Shown here in pieces: positions 25,778 to 38,139 of a stretch of 64,000 bases of DNA. This DNA comes from Malacoraja senta (taxonomy: Eukaryota), in NCBI GenBank assembly GCA_038087875.1, contig CM075981.1, positions 17,484,001 to 17,548,000 on the forward strand, written 5' to 3'. The position numbers and the translations under genes are program-made. The notes beneath the pieces are model-generated. The model ran no database searches. It saw only the letters and a program-made list of their open reading frames with translations, and was not told where the DNA came from. How positions within the stretch are numbered: the first letter of the stretch is position 1; each line of letters opens with the position of its first letter.

Positions 25778-26130
25778 CTCCTCCCTCTGCGACCGCTCCA
25801 ACGGCTCTCGGGCCTCTGTAAGAAGCAAGCCCCGCGCTCGAGTTTATCTCCTACCGCTCTGGTGTAGCTCCTCCCTCTGCGACCGCTCCAACGGCTCTCG
25901 GGCCTCTGTAAGAAGCAAGCCCCGCGCTCGAGTATATCTCCCATCGCTCGGGTGTAGCTCCTCCCTCTGCAACCGCTCCAACGGCTCTCGGGCCTCTGTA
26001 AGAAGCAAGTCCCGCGCTCGAGTTTAACTCCTACCGCACGGGTGTAGCTCCTCCCTCTGTGACCGCCCCAACGGCTCTCGGGCCTCTCTCCAACGGCTCT
26101 CGGGCCTCTCTCCAACGGCTCTCGGGCCTC
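25778..26130 (-). repeat. CR1 5'UTR 90-bp tandem monomers (~3.5) plus short terminal repeats
   Basis: Units start 25778, 25868, 25958, 26048. Confidence 0.9.
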
Positions 26131-26139
26131 TTTGGGTCA

Positions 26140-27127
26140 AGGTTTTTATACGAATGCACTGAAGAAATGTTAAATAATTCCAGAGATTCTAATTATGTTT
26201 GGTTCAAGGGCATCTGTGTGGAAACTCGATGACTATACTGTTCATTGAGAGTTAAACCTTTGTAGGGTACGTTCTCTTTCCCCTTGAGAGAATATGCTGG
26301 AATATGATCTAATTCCGTTGAATGGATTTCAATGATGAACGTATTGGATCATTTTTGGAAAGAAAATGACTTGCAACGCACATTTCTATTAAATTATCCC
26401 CAGTTGAGATTATTCGTCATGGTATTTAACGTTTTCACTTCCAGAAAAGTACTCCGTTTATCTATGCTACTTATGCAAATGATAATATATATATATATTC
26501 ATGCCAGAGCACGCTTCGCCATCCGATACCACAGATAAGTCTATCCAGGTTTATCCACCTTGCCCTGCTAGTTACTTTATGTCATTCACGCAGCATCGTA
26601 GTGAAACTATTACTCATCCTAGAGAATGCATCTTGGTCTTTCTTATAACGTGCCGACCATGTATGCGTCATTAATTGCAAGTATGCTTTAACGGAAATTA
26701 TTCACAGCTGAAGCATGTCCTCCAAACATTCAAACTAACTGCCCTGACGAAAGCAAGTATGCCATTTTAGTTTAAATTTCGCATCATATCCACCTGATTT
26801 TCTACATTCAAGCATTTATGAATTTGCGCCCATGATATCCTTTACACAAATTCAGCGAGGGTTGCTTTTGTTTTCCATATCATCTACTCTGATGTTTGAC
26901 CTCCAGAAGCGCAAAGCGTCACGCGTGTCCCCAGCCATTTATCTGGCCTCATTTCCAAATGGCCTTATTTTCAAAATGTGCTTGAATATTTCAATCCAAA
27001 TGGCCTTCTTGACAACCTTCCTTTCTATCCACAACTCGGAAAGTTTTCGGAAAGACTTCGTACTTCTCAGCGCAATGACTCTTAATTTCATATCATTAAA
27101 TTTTGGATGCATGCCGCCAAGATATAT
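26140..27127 (-). pseudogene. RNF213-like pseudogene: early AAA modules
   Basis: NTFIIEI (~26326-26345) ~ HLYIVEI; YYHL ~ LFHL; ASKI..YEI ~ ADQLSYEV; co-linear position. Confidence 0.55.
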
Positions 27128-27650
27128 GTCCTTACGTGTAGCTCAAAGAAGCACCAATCAATCAAAAGCAGAGAGAAGATACAATTGGCTTGAAAGTCCG
27201 TGGGAAAGAAAGTGAGTCAGAGGGAAAAACTGTTTCAAAAGAGGGCCAAAAGCCAGTCCTTACCCATTCCTTATGTGGAGCTTTGAGAATCAGCAATCAA
27301 TCAGAAGCAGGGAGAAGAAACTATTGGCTTGAAAGTCCAGGGGAAAGAAAGTGAGTCACAGGGAAAACCCGTTTAAAAGAGCGCCAAATACCAGTCCTAT
27401 CCCAGTCCTTACGTGGAGCTCGGAGAAGCAACAATCAGTCAGAAGCAGAGAGAAGGGACTATTGGCATAAGTACCTGGGAAATAATGTGAGTCAGAGGGA
27501 AAAATCGTTTAAGAAGAGCGCAAGAACCCAGTCGTAGTCCAGTCCTTACGTGGACCTCGGAGAAGCAGCAATCAGTCAGAAGCAGACGAGGTTATTGGCT
27601 TGAAAGTCCGTGGGAAAGAAGGTGAGTAAGAGGGAAACACCGTTTTAAAC
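27128..27650 (+). repeat. ~138-bp tandem monomers (~3.8 copies) in CR1 5'UTR
   Basis: Units start ~27128, 27266, 27404, 27541 (gtccttacgtggagct..gaaagtgagtcagagggaaaa). Confidence 0.85.
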
Positions 27651-29952
27651 TGAGGAATTTTACGTGAATTAGCGATTTACGCAATTTATCAGCCAATGTA
27701 AGCAATGCTGCGCCAGGGGAGGGGCCAGTGCGGGAGCGTCCTTGAGAGGCAAGTGCCTTGGGAAGCAAGTGCCTTGAGAGGGAAGTGCCTTGAGAGGGAA
27801 GTGCCAGTCCTTGGCGCGAGAGTCTTCGGAGAGGAGACTGATGAGAGTAGACTACGCCAAAATCTGGAGAGGACGGGACGCGGTGAACTCATGACCGGTC
27901 AGATGAATCAGTGTGATGCTTTCAGTATCTGGAGGGGGGCAGGGACACCGATGTAGCCTCTGGCGGCTACACCTCTTGTAAGTGTGTCCAGGTTCAGCTC
28001 CTGATGGACCATGTTGGCGTACTGGAGAAGCAGCTGGATGACCTCAAGGCCATCCTGGATAACGGGAGTTTCCTGGACAGGACATACAGTGAGTTTGTCA
28101 CGCGCAGGATACAGGGAGAACGAAGGTGTGTGACTGAAAGAAAGGGGAGTAACCGTGGAGTGCAGGAGACCCAGGTCCCGGTGCCTACTGAAAACAGGAA
28201 CGCCCCTTGGGAGCTGTCAGGTGAGACGACGCTTCCAGTCCGAGCGGCGGACAGACGGTGGCTCCAATCCTAGAGATAAGACTCGACCGGCGAAACCGGC
28301 GAGATCGACGTCGGCAGAGCCATAATGGTGAGTGACTCCATTGTCCGAGTTGAGGACTGGAGATTCTGTGGCGGCAGGCGAGACTCGAGGATGGTCTGTT
28401 GCATCCCTGGTGCCAGGGTTCAAGACATCACGAACCGAATTCGGAACATCCTCGAGAGGGAAGGTGAACAGCCGGCAGTCGTTGTGCACGTAAGCACAAA
28501 CGACATCGGGAAGAAGAGGAAGGAGGTTCTGCAACGCGAGTTTAGAGAGTTAGGATGAAGATTGAAAAGCAGGACTTCTAAGGTTGTTATCACTGGATTG
28601 ATTCCAGTACCTCGTGCTAGTGAGGGCAGCAACAGGGAGATAGGGGATCTGAATGTGTGGATGAGGTGCTGGTGCATGGAGCAAGGATTTAGTTTTACAG
28701 ACATACTGGGATCTCTTCGGGGGTAGGAAGAGCTGTACGAAAGGACGGATTACATCTTAACTGGAGGGCGACCAATGTTCTGGCAGGCAGGTTTGCTAGG
28801 CTACTGTTCAAACTAAATAGTGTGGGGGGGGTGGGGGCGTATTAACAAATTGGGAGTATTAAGATGTAGTAAAAGGGGAAGTAAGTACAGGAAAATTTAC
28901 CAAAGTCTCCCGAATTAATGGGAAGGAAAGTTCGAGAAGGGATAAGCGAGCAAGGTCAGTGCCGCTAGGGACTGGAGTGAGTGGGGAGGTGCATCCTGAA
29001 ATCAAATATAAGAAGTAATGTGGAGGAGCTTGAGGTTCAGAAATAAATTGGCTAGTGTGATGTTGAGGGAATTATAGAGGCATGGCTGCAATTGGGCCAC
29101 CGCTGGGAACTGAATATTCAAGGGTATACATTCCATCGAAATAACAGACAGGTTGGCAGAGGGGTGGGGTAGCTCTGTTAGTGAAGAATGAAATTCAGTC
29201 CCTTGAAATGGGTGACGTTGAAACAGGGTCAGTCTTATCAGTATGGATAGAATTAACGAATTGTAACGTTAAAATGACCCTAATGGGACATAATTACAGG
29301 CCCCCAAACAGTAGTCTGGATATAGGGTGAAAGTTGAATCAAGAGTTAAAATTTGCATGTCGTAAAGGGAAAACTACGATTGTTATGGCCATTTCAACAT
29401 GCAAGTAGACTGGCAAAATCAGGTTGATACTTGACCCCAAGAAAGGGAATTTGTGGGGTGCCTCCAGGATTGATTCTTAGAGCAGCCTCTACTGGAGCCT
29501 ACCATGGAGAATGCAATTCTGGATTTCGTGTTGTGTAATGCACCGGATTTAATAAGCGACCTGGAGTTACGGAGCCATTAGGAGGTGGTGACCATAATAT
29601 GATAAATGTAATCTACAATTTGAGAGGGAGAAGGTAAGTCGGAGGTGTCAGTATTACAGTTGAGCAAAGAGGACTATGGAGCCATGAGGGAGGAACTGGC
29701 CACATTTGACTGCAAATATACCCCAGCAGCGATGACAGTGGAAAAACGGCACCCGGACGCGGCGCCGACAGTTAAGAAGCCGAAGCAAAGAAGTCGAAGC
29801 AAAAGAACCGAATGGAAATTAGGCCGAAACGCTAATAAACCGAAAGAGTCCGAAGACGAAACGCCTACTAAGCGAAAGGATGGGACGCCTAAATGCAAAC
29901 TAACCGAAAGGGCGGGACGCCTAAATTCCAACGAACCGAAAAGCTGCGTCGC

Positions 29953-30214
29953 TGTGTGAGAGCAGAACGGAGACGATGAATCACTTGTTCTCACAGAGAG
30001 TGGTGAGTCTGTGGAATTCTGTGCCTCAGGTGGAGGCAGGTTATCTGGATGCTTTCAAGAGAGAGCTAGATAGGGCTGTTAAAAATAGCGGAGTCAGGGG
30101 ATATGGGGGAAGGCAGGAACGGGGTACTGATTGGGGATTATCAACCATGATCACATTGAATGGCGGTGCTGGCTCGAAGGGCCGAATTGCCTACTCCTGC
30201 ACCTATTGTCTATT
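29953..30214 (+). mobile_element. 5'-truncated CR1 3' end nested in left TIR
   Basis: CR1 3'UTR and ctattgtctatt tail; flanked by gtcgc duplication (29948-29952 / 30215-30219). Confidence 0.9.
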
Positions 30215-30402
30215 GTCGCCTAAAAGCAAACTTACCGGGTGGCCGCACTGTCAAAACGCCATCTACCCGGCCACAGGACCGACTTCCGCTAAGTAGAAAC
30301 GTCCAATAACGGACATGACGTTCCCGGGGGGCGGGTCTTGTCAGCGATCGGTCCAGACCCTCGCGTCAATCACATCACTGTGAAGGCATGATCATTGTCC
30401 CA

Positions 30403-30715
30403 CCGGCTGGTTCACTGTGTAACAGCAGCCTCAATGGCCGGGCCATTGTTTGACAGCAGTCTCACCGGCTGTCACTGTGTGACAGCTGCCTCACCGGCAG
30501 AGTCACTGTGTGACAGCGGTCTCACCGGCTCTGCCACTGTGTGGAGGCAGTCTCACCGGCTGGGTCACTGTGTAACAACAGCCTAACCGGGTGGGTCACT
30601 GTGTGACAGCAGTCTCACGGGCTGGGTCGCTGTGTGACAGCAGCCATTCCGGCTGGGTCACTGTGTGACAGCAGCCTCACCGGTTGGGTCACTGTGTGGT
30701 AGCAGCCTCACCGGG
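30403..30715 (+). repeat. 31-bp minisatellite, ~10 copies
   Basis: Unit ccggctgggtcactgtgtgacagcagcctca. Confidence 0.9.
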
Positions 30716-30832
30716 CAGCATCTCTGGAGAGAAGGAATGGTGGCGTTTCGGTTCGCGACCTTTCAGACGCACTCTGAAGAATGGTCCCGGCACGAAACGT
30801 CACCCATTCCTTCTCTCCAGAGATGCTGCCTG
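30714..30832. ncRNA. Penelope-type palindrome with minimal hammerhead-like core
   Basis: CUGAAGA (30774-30780)..GAAACGUC (30794-30801); arms gcagcatctctggagagaaggaatgg / ccattccttctctccagagatgctgc. Confidence 0.6.
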
Positions 30833-31019
30833 TTTTGTGCGTGGGAGCTTGGGTGCGTTCCGCAAGCACCGAGACGGTAATAAATACAATGTCTGCCCCG
30901 CACCAGGTGTTTGTGTCGGGATCCGGGGTCGGAGGGGGGAAATTACCCTGGTGAGGAGGTTGGGGTCCGATGGCGGTGCATCGCGGTCAGTGATTGAGCG
31001 ACGCTCCCGCGTGTGGAGA

Positions 31020-31155
31020 CGGAGGATAGAGAGAGGGGGGAGAGAAGGGGAGAGAGAGAAGGGAAAGAGGGGGGAGAGAAAAGGGGGGAGGGAAGGAGGA
31101 AAGAGAAGAGAGAGAGGGGGGGGAGAGATAAGAGGGGAGACAGAAGGGGGGACGG
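31020..31155 (+). repeat. GA-rich low-complexity tract
   Basis: Almost purine-only run. Confidence 0.9.
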
Positions 31156-32217
31156 GAGCGTGCGGTTCATTTTCCCACACAAGCCCACCCAAGCAGCAAG
31201 TTGTAAGCGGCGAAGGTGTGCATTCCTCGGGACAGCCCCCACTCTCCCACGGCCACCCTCCGCGGGCTGTGTGTGTGGTAGAGCGGAGGTGTGGGAAAAT
31301 GTTCATGCCTTCACAGTAATGTGATGGACTCGGGGGTCTGCCCAATCGCTGAAAATTCCCGCCCCCCGGCAACGTCATGTCCGTTATTGGACTTTTCTGT
31401 TGAACGGCAGTCGGTCCGTTGGCTTGTAGGCGACGACACATTTCGGGTAGTTGGCATTTCGACAGAGCGGCCATTCGGTATGTATGTTTTTAGGCTACGC
31501 AGCTTTTCGGTATGTTAACTTTTACGCGTCCCGCCCTTTCGGTTAATTTGCATTTAGCGTCCCATCCTTTCGTTTAGTAGGCGTTTCGTCTTCGTAATAT
31601 TTCGTTTTTTGGGCGTTTCGGCCTCGTTCCCATTCGGTTCTTGGCTTTGTCTTCTTTGCTTAGGCCGCTCGTCCGACGGCGCCACGTCCGCACACGGGAA
31701 CGACAATGGCAGGTATTTCTGGGAATAATACAGAAGGTGCTGGATCAGTTCATTGCAATGAGAATGAATGGTTCCAAGGGGAGTAAGGGGCGACCGTGGC
31801 TGACAAGGGATGTCAGGAACCGTGTAAAACTATAAGAAAAGTACTACATAGCAAAGATGAGCGGGAAGTCACAGGATTGGGTAACGTTTAAAGAGCAACA
31901 TAAGCTATCTAAAAAGGTAATACGGGGAGTAAAGATTACGTACGTAAAGATTGTAAGCCAGCCAACAATATAAAGGAGGATATTAAAAGCGTATTTAGTT
32001 ATTTGAAGAGGAAAGAAATAGTTAAGACCAAAGTTGGACCCTGGAAGATTGAAAAGAGGGGGAGGGGTATGGAGAACAAGGAAATGGCAAATTAGTTGAA
32101 CAAGTACTTTGGATCCGTATTCAATAAGGACGACACAAACAATCTTCCTGATGTACTAGCAAGAAGATCTGGTGTGACGTAGGAACTGAAGGAAATTCAC
32201 ATTAGGCAGGGAATGGT

Positions 32218-33060
32218 AAAGACAGCGCAGCAGCTCGCAAATGTATCAGAACCAAATCGCGTGCAAATGGCACATACACTAGTTGAGGTGCACAGAGAGG
32301 AGGCTCAGTGAGAGGAAGATTGGAATCGCGACCATGTAATACTCTGGGCGATGTATGCTAAATTATGGAATCCCGATACATGGGTTGAGAGTATTCGATC
32401 CGATTTTGTCTTTAACCATACCCTACACTGCCCTCATCTACCTGATCAGGACGCACCGAAAGTGGTCCGGGCTGCACCCATGTTTACTAGGAAAGTCACC
32501 AATGGATGGGAAATAGTTCAATATATTGGCATCAATATAGAGACTACAGCTGGAAAGTATAATGATTCTGGAAAAAGCGAGACTAACCGTTATCCTTATG
32601 GCTGTAACGATTATGAGATACGGCGAATGCATGCGACCTGACTTAACTTCCAAGCGGAGCGATGGGAGACTTGGCGGGGGATGGAGTGGAGGGGGTATTT
32701 ATTATAACCACAATGTTAACGGTCAGTTAAAGCAGCCTGTTGTGGCTGATACCTCTTTATTTGAAAGATTGTTGGTCATTGAAGGATAAGTAGCCTTCGC
32801 CAATCCATTAGGGTAATCATCTGGAGATTACCAACAACACCCAGGAGCCGTTAGATAATGTGGTATTAAGTAATACCTTGAAAGGTTTAACAGCCCTGTT
32901 TGGCCAATAAAGCAGCCAGATGGAGAATTACGGTCGATTATCGTCAATTGAACAAAAGAAGACCATTCTCCCGGCGGTGGTCCACGAACAAGTAAACTTG
33001 GTGGAAGAGATATCCGGGAGGAAGTGTCGCACTTTGAATGTCGTTATCGACCTCGATAGG
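32218..33060 (+). mobile_element. Endogenous retrovirus-like pol fragment (ERV-L/class III-type RT N-terminus)
   Basis: [13 protein letters not shown] / [12 protein letters not shown] (32886-32960), then AVVHEQVNLVEEI..VIDL. Confidence 0.65.
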
Positions 33061-33212
33061 AATTCCACAGGAATTGATCCTGAATCTGTAGAACATTGGA
33101 AAATTATCACCAATGCGTCCACGATTTCTAGAGCCACCTCCTTAAGTACCCTGGCATGCAGACCATCAGGCCCTTGCGATTTATCAGCCTTCAGTCCCAT
33201 CAGACTACCCTT
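33061..33212 (-). mobile_element. CR1 ORF2 fragment, inverted continuation of the CR1 ending at 32217
   Basis: LMGLKADKSQGPDGLHARVLKEVALEIVDALVIIFQ follows directly after the EIHIRQGMV at 32190-32217. Confidence 0.85.
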
Positions 33213-33559
33213 TACTACCTCTGTCATCACAGCAAACCTTTACATAGTTTCTTCAAATTCTCATTTTTTCATCTCCCCAGCTCCTCCTTCGCATTTCATT
33301 TGTTCCTCTTGTTCTTTTATTCCCGGGCAATATTCAGAAAACATCTCCTTTAATTCCTTTCGTGATGGTGAAACCAGCTCCCCATAGCAACTTTGTTACT
33401 TGATGCCCTGATTTCACCGATCTTTCCTTCAGTCATTTTGCCAACATACCGCGGTCTGGACTTCTGCGGCAGCTTGGCCAATGAACCAAAGCCTTCACGA
33501 TTACCTATCAATACATCAGCTCTCTATTGTCCGGTAATTATAACTTTCTTTTTTCGAAG

Positions 33560-34040
33560 CATTGTCGGTCAATGATTTTGAACTTGGCAACAACGGCAAT
33601 ATGTAATAGTCCAATCCAGAGTAAACTTTGAAGGCGAATATTTGTTTTCGATAACAGAGACATATCGTCTAATGGAGGCAAACATTATCAAGTCGAAACA
33701 CTTATAATTAACAACACCTGGTGGACCCCCTTTATGAGCTGGTGACTTCGTCCGCAGAGTGACCTGTGGTTTTCTTTGAAACCAGTCGCGAATAGCTCCG
33801 AGGAGAACTTCTAAGTGCCGAGTAACCTAGGCTACTTTATACCCCATGAATATAAAGTTATGCGAGTAAGCACATACGATTATTTCATCAACTTCCTTGT
33901 TGGTTTCTTAGCTGGTTGATTGTTCGTGGCATGCATTAAGTATTGCATTAGTATTAAAAGGACTGGACGATCTACTTCGCCTTTATCAATGTACGACACC
34001 CTTATAAGCTTTCACATCACAGCTACAATGCCAAGTCATG
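33560..34040 (-). pseudogene. RNF213-like pseudogene: stalk/AAA1 start
   Basis: LPPLDD (~33664-33681) ~ LPTYDE; GGPPGVV ~ GQPNLV; co-linear. Confidence 0.5.
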
Positions 34041-34044
34041 GTAG

Positions 34045-35590
34045 TCCAAGCACTGACTGCTTGAGGTCAGTCATTCAACCCCTTCCGAACATGATACTAC
34101 TAAGATTGTTTCCAAATTCCTGCGGATCTGGGCTTGTTCTCGCTGGAGGTTAGAAGAATGACAGAGGTTATCTTTGCAACAAATAGTGAAAGGCCGGATA
34201 GAATGGATTGGGTTGAATGTTTCCAGTAGTGCGAGAGTCTAGGAAACAGAATAAACAGAATCATAGGACGTATTGTAAGAAATGAGATGAGGAGAAATTT
34301 CGTTAGCCAGGTGGTTGTGTATACGTAGAATTAATTGCCACAGCGGACGTGGAGATCGTCATTGGGTATCTGTATTGCGGAGATGGGCAGAATCATGATT
34401 TGTAAAGGTGTTAAAGTCCAAGCACTGACTGCTCGTGATCAGTGATTCAACCCTTTCCTAATAATGATAATGATAAGATTGTTACCAAATTACTACGGAT
34501 ATATCTCGGTGGGCGGCGCGACTCTCGTTTGCAGCGGCCTCTGCAGTCCGTCTGTCTTTTTATTATTTGTGTCTCTTTTTTATGTAGTTTTTTATTATTT
34601 TTTTTGTCGGGGTATGTGTGTGGGGGGTGGGGGGAGGGACTTTGAAATCTTTCCCCTGCACGGGAGACCCGACCTTTTCTTTGTCGGGTCCCCGTTGTCG
34701 TTGGGCTGGGCAACGTGGAGCGGCCTTCAGCAGGAGCGACCTGGGGCTCCAGTTGTGGAGCTGCGGACTTCTCACCGTCACGGGGCTGGCCGAGTCCGGA
34801 GCGGGTGGAGCTGTGGTGGAGACAATCGCTGCTGGGACCCGACCCCCGGAGATTCGGAGGCTACAACCGCGTGTCTGGCGGACGGCAACACCGGAAGCCC
34901 GCGGGTCCCCTGGGAGAGACCGCCTTTTCGAGGCTTCCGCAGCGGCGACTTCTCCCGCCCGAGTTGCGGGGTTGAAGAGCACCTGGAGCGGGGCTGTATC
35001 CCCCCGCGCGGCTTGGAATGGCCGCCGGAATTGGCGGGCGCGCGCCGGGGCTCTAACACCAAGACCCGGTGCGCGACCCTGCATTACCCGGCGTGGCTTT
35101 AATGGCCGCGGGATAATCACCATCGCCCGCCGGGGGCTTTGACTTTGACTCTGACATGGGGGGGGGGGGTGCAGTGGAGAGATAAGTTTGTTTGCCTTCC
35201 ATCACAGCGCTGTGATGGATGTATGTGTAAATTGTGTTGTGTCTCGGGTCTTTTTCGTTTTGTGATGTATGGCTGCAGAAACGACATTTCGTTTGGACCT
35301 CAAGGGGTCCAAACGACAAATTTGTCCAAAAGACAAATAAACAAATTGAAATTGAAATTGAATTGAATATCAGTTTTTGACGGATCTGGGCTTCTAGTCG
35401 CTGGAGTTTAGAAGAATGGTAGGGGGTTTTATTGCAACATATAGTGAAAGGAAGCGATAGAATGGATGCGGCATATTTGTACGTGCAGGCATCAGGAGAA
35501 TGGGTTTGAGAGGGAAATATCGATCAGCCATGATTGAATGTCCAAGTGGACTCGATGGCCGAATGGCATGACTTTGGTGCTTTGACTTGA
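34045..35590 (+). mobile_element. Tandemly duplicated decayed CR1 3' fragment (second copy split by insertion)
   Basis: aagcactgactgct..cggatctgggctt at ~34048 and again at ~34420-34500 / 35381. Confidence 0.7.
34505..35370 (+). mobile_element. GC-rich non-autonomous retroposon with Rex/L2-like 3' hairpin and (ttgaaa)n tail
   Basis: 3' stem-loop cgtttggacc..ggtccaaacg, aataaa, (aattga)n tail; no coherent ORF. Confidence 0.6.
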
Positions 35591-35599
35591 GAAATTGCG

Positions 35600-36935
35600 A
35601 CTAATGAGAAGCGCTAATAAGAATCACAGAGACAAGTGTATTATTTTGCAATGAGCAGGAATATTCGAGTTAGGCTTTACGATACGAAAGCGAACTATTT
35701 TCAATACCATTGAGGTCTAGGAAAATAGATAGATTAAAAATAATTATTGAGATATTTGTGGACGATGACCATTTCATAAAATGCATTGGGTGATTTCATA
35801 AAATGCATTGCTCTCTCCGTGTACACTGAAGTATTTATTGAATATAACTTAATATGCCCATTTTCAGCTTCTGACATAATTTGACACGTTTGTTGGGTGT
35901 AGAGAATAAGGTGAATGTGCAAAAAAAGGTCGTTTGATATATGGACACGGAAGTGGAAGTATGACTTTCTGGATTTCACCCGAACGTGAGGACCTTTTCT
36001 TCTGTGACACGTATTTACATACCTTTATCTTATTCGGTTGTAATGGAATAGTAAGATGGTCACCGAACATATATTTGTAATCCCATGATATTTATTTGCA
36101 TGTACAATGTTCAAACCAAGTAATTGTCATTTCCACGGCGAATAAATGCACTGTGTTATCTTATTCTCATTGGCGATTGTCAAAATAAATTTGCTACTCT
36201 GTCCAAATCAGTGATCTCATACGTGGTTTGTTCCTCGTATGCATGTTTGATGATCACGCCCATGTTATAGATCGCTTGCAATGAGAGCTAATATTAACGA
36301 AATCTTCTCTCGGCTACCTTAGTGGCGGCATAGGTTTGAACAAATTTCCATTTCCAAAATGGACCGAGTCCTTGTAATCATTCGTGTGTTGGAAATAAAT
36401 GCAGATGTTGGTTTAAATCGAAGGTAGACACAAAATGTTTGAATAACTCAGCAGGACAGACTGCATCTCTGTGCAAAAGGAATGTGTGACGTTTCGGGTC
36501 AAGTCCGAAGAAGGGTCTCGACCTGAAATGTCACCCATTCCTTCTCTCCAGAGATGCTGCCTGTACCGCTGAGTTACTGCAGCAATTTGTGTAATCCATC
36601 GTGTTTGTTCAGCTGGCAAGTTGATGACATTTTTCAAACGTACTTGCATTTCAAATGACAACCACCTATGATATGCCAGCATCTAGGGGATTAGTTTAAT
36701 TAAACCATGGCGTATTCTGTACGTTTCACTATGTAACTATTAATTGTGAAATATGTCCTCTGTGGCAATGCCTGATTATCTGTACCATCTGAATTATGTA
36801 ATATTTCAAAGCATCTTGTAATCATTCAGTCGAAGCTTCCCCGCATATTAGGTTTTCTGAACTTACTATTTGACCATTCATTCTCACCTGGCGTCTTTTC
36901 TCGTATCTCCTCTTCTGCAAAAAATCAGAAAGAAA
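35600..36935 (-). pseudogene. RNF213-like pseudogene: stalk region (contains Penelope hairpin)
   Basis: HKYLNNY (~35740-35760) ~ HFYLNFY; co-linear position upstream of AAA1. Confidence 0.5.
36385..36600. mobile_element. Penelope-type palindromic terminal element with mutated hammerhead core
   Basis: ccgaagaagggtctcgacctgaaatgtc centre; arms aactcagc..gcatctct / agagatgc..gctgagtt. Confidence 0.75.
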
Positions 36936-37126
36936 NNNNNNNNNNNNNNNNNNNNNNNNNNNNNNNNNNNNNNNNNNNNNNNNNNNNNNNNNNNNNNNNN
37001 NNNNNNNNNNNNNNNNNNNNNNNNNNNNNNNNNNNNNNNNNNNNNNNNNNNNNNNNNNNNNNNNNNNNNNNNNNNNNNNNNNNNNNNNNNNNNNNNNNNN
37101 NNNNNNNNNNNNNNNNNNNNNNNNNN

Positions 37127-37163
<37 letters not shown>

Positions 37164-37860
37164 TCTTTCTCGTCTCTGNNNNNNNNNNNNNNNNNNNNNN
37201 NNNNNNNNNNNNNNNNNNNNNNNNNNNNNNNNNNNNNNNNNNNNNNNNNNNNNNNNNNNNNNNNNNNNNNNNNNNNNNNNNNNNNNNNNNNNNNNNNNNN
37301 NNNNNNNNNNNNNNNNNNNNNNNNNNNNNNNNNNNNNNNNNNNNNNNNNNNNNNNNNNNNNNNNNNNNNNNNNNNNNNNNNNNNNNNNNNNNNNNNNNNN
37401 NNNNNNNNNNNNNNNNNNNNNNNNNNNNNNNNNNNNNNNNNNNNNNNNNNNNNNNNNNNNNNNNNNNNNNNNNNNNNNNNNNNNNNNNNNNNNNNNNNNN
37501 NNNNNNNNNNNNNNNNNNNNNNNNNNNNNNNNNNNNNNNNNNNNNNNNNNNNNNNNNNNNNNNNNNNNNNNNNNNNNNNNNNNNNNNNNNNNNNNNNNNN
37601 NNNNNNNNNNNNNNNNNNNNNNNNNNNNNNNNNNNNNNNNNNNNNNNNNNNNNNNNNNNNNNNNNNNNNNNNNNNNNNNNNNNNNNNNNNNNNNNNNNNN
37701 NNNNNNNNNNNNNNNNNNNNNNNNNNNNNNNNNNNNNNNNNNNNNNNNNNNNNNNNNNNNNNNTCTATCTCTCCCTCTCTCCCTCTCCATCTCTCTCTCT
37801 CTATGTCTCTGTCTCTTTCTGCCAAACACACACGCACACACAAACGCTCACGGAAACGCG
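36936..37860. other. Two assembly gaps with (TCTCGG)n and (TC)n/(CA)n microsatellites
   Basis: N runs 36936-37126 and 37179-37762; simple repeats between and after. Confidence 0.95.
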
Positions 37861-38139
37861 CGCGCGCATGCATACGCATCTCCGGCTCACTTTACCAGTC
37901 GTGCTATGGAAGTGCCCTCAACGCCGGCTCTCACTTCCCAGATTTGCTCATAGACCGAAACTGCACTTCATCCCTGCAACGTACCTCCGTCTTCCATCCG
38001 CTATTTCATCTATCGAACCTGTACTAATTATCGCAAGGTCACGCGCTTCCGTCCGGGATCTCACCGACCCGACAAGATCCAAACCAGCACTTCCCATGGC
38101 CGGAGGTTCGACGGCCTCGTACTGGACCGACGCCTGGAT

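Larger units (their letters stand above)
22200..26135 (-). mobile_element. CR1 LINE with 5'UTR, ORF1, EN and 3' end; RT core replaced by an L2 fragment
   Basis: ORF1 CxxC..CxxC plus GDS esterase (24943..25575); EN GITETW, YRPP, GDFN, SDH; 3'UTR at 22200-22660. Confidence 0.95.
29747..31697. mobile_element. Non-autonomous DNA element with ~400-bp imperfect TIRs (foldback/MULE-like)
   Basis: Left arm 29747-30403 (minus nested insert) is the reverse complement of 31290-31697; the host CR1 rejoins as gtggaacaacaatgg with a degenerate 6-8 bp duplication. Confidence 0.8.
27128..32217 (+). mobile_element. Older CR1 LINE 5' half (5'UTR monomers, ORF1 esterase, EN), interrupted by TIR element
   Basis: LEKQLDDL, DSIVR..RMVCCIPGAR..HVSTNDIG, DGLHL; EN remnants; resumes at 31698. 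Confidence 0.9.

Noticed and set aside
30403-30715. CRISPR-like 31-bp periodic repeats
   Set aside because: Head-to-tail minisatellite with no unique spacers; eukaryotic context.
34442-35142. Several overlapping 170-212 aa ORFs
   Set aside because: GC-rich retroposon; open in many frames, no recognisable domain.
36822-38027. Long ORFs of 331-385 aa
   Set aside because: Artefacts of N runs and microsatellites.
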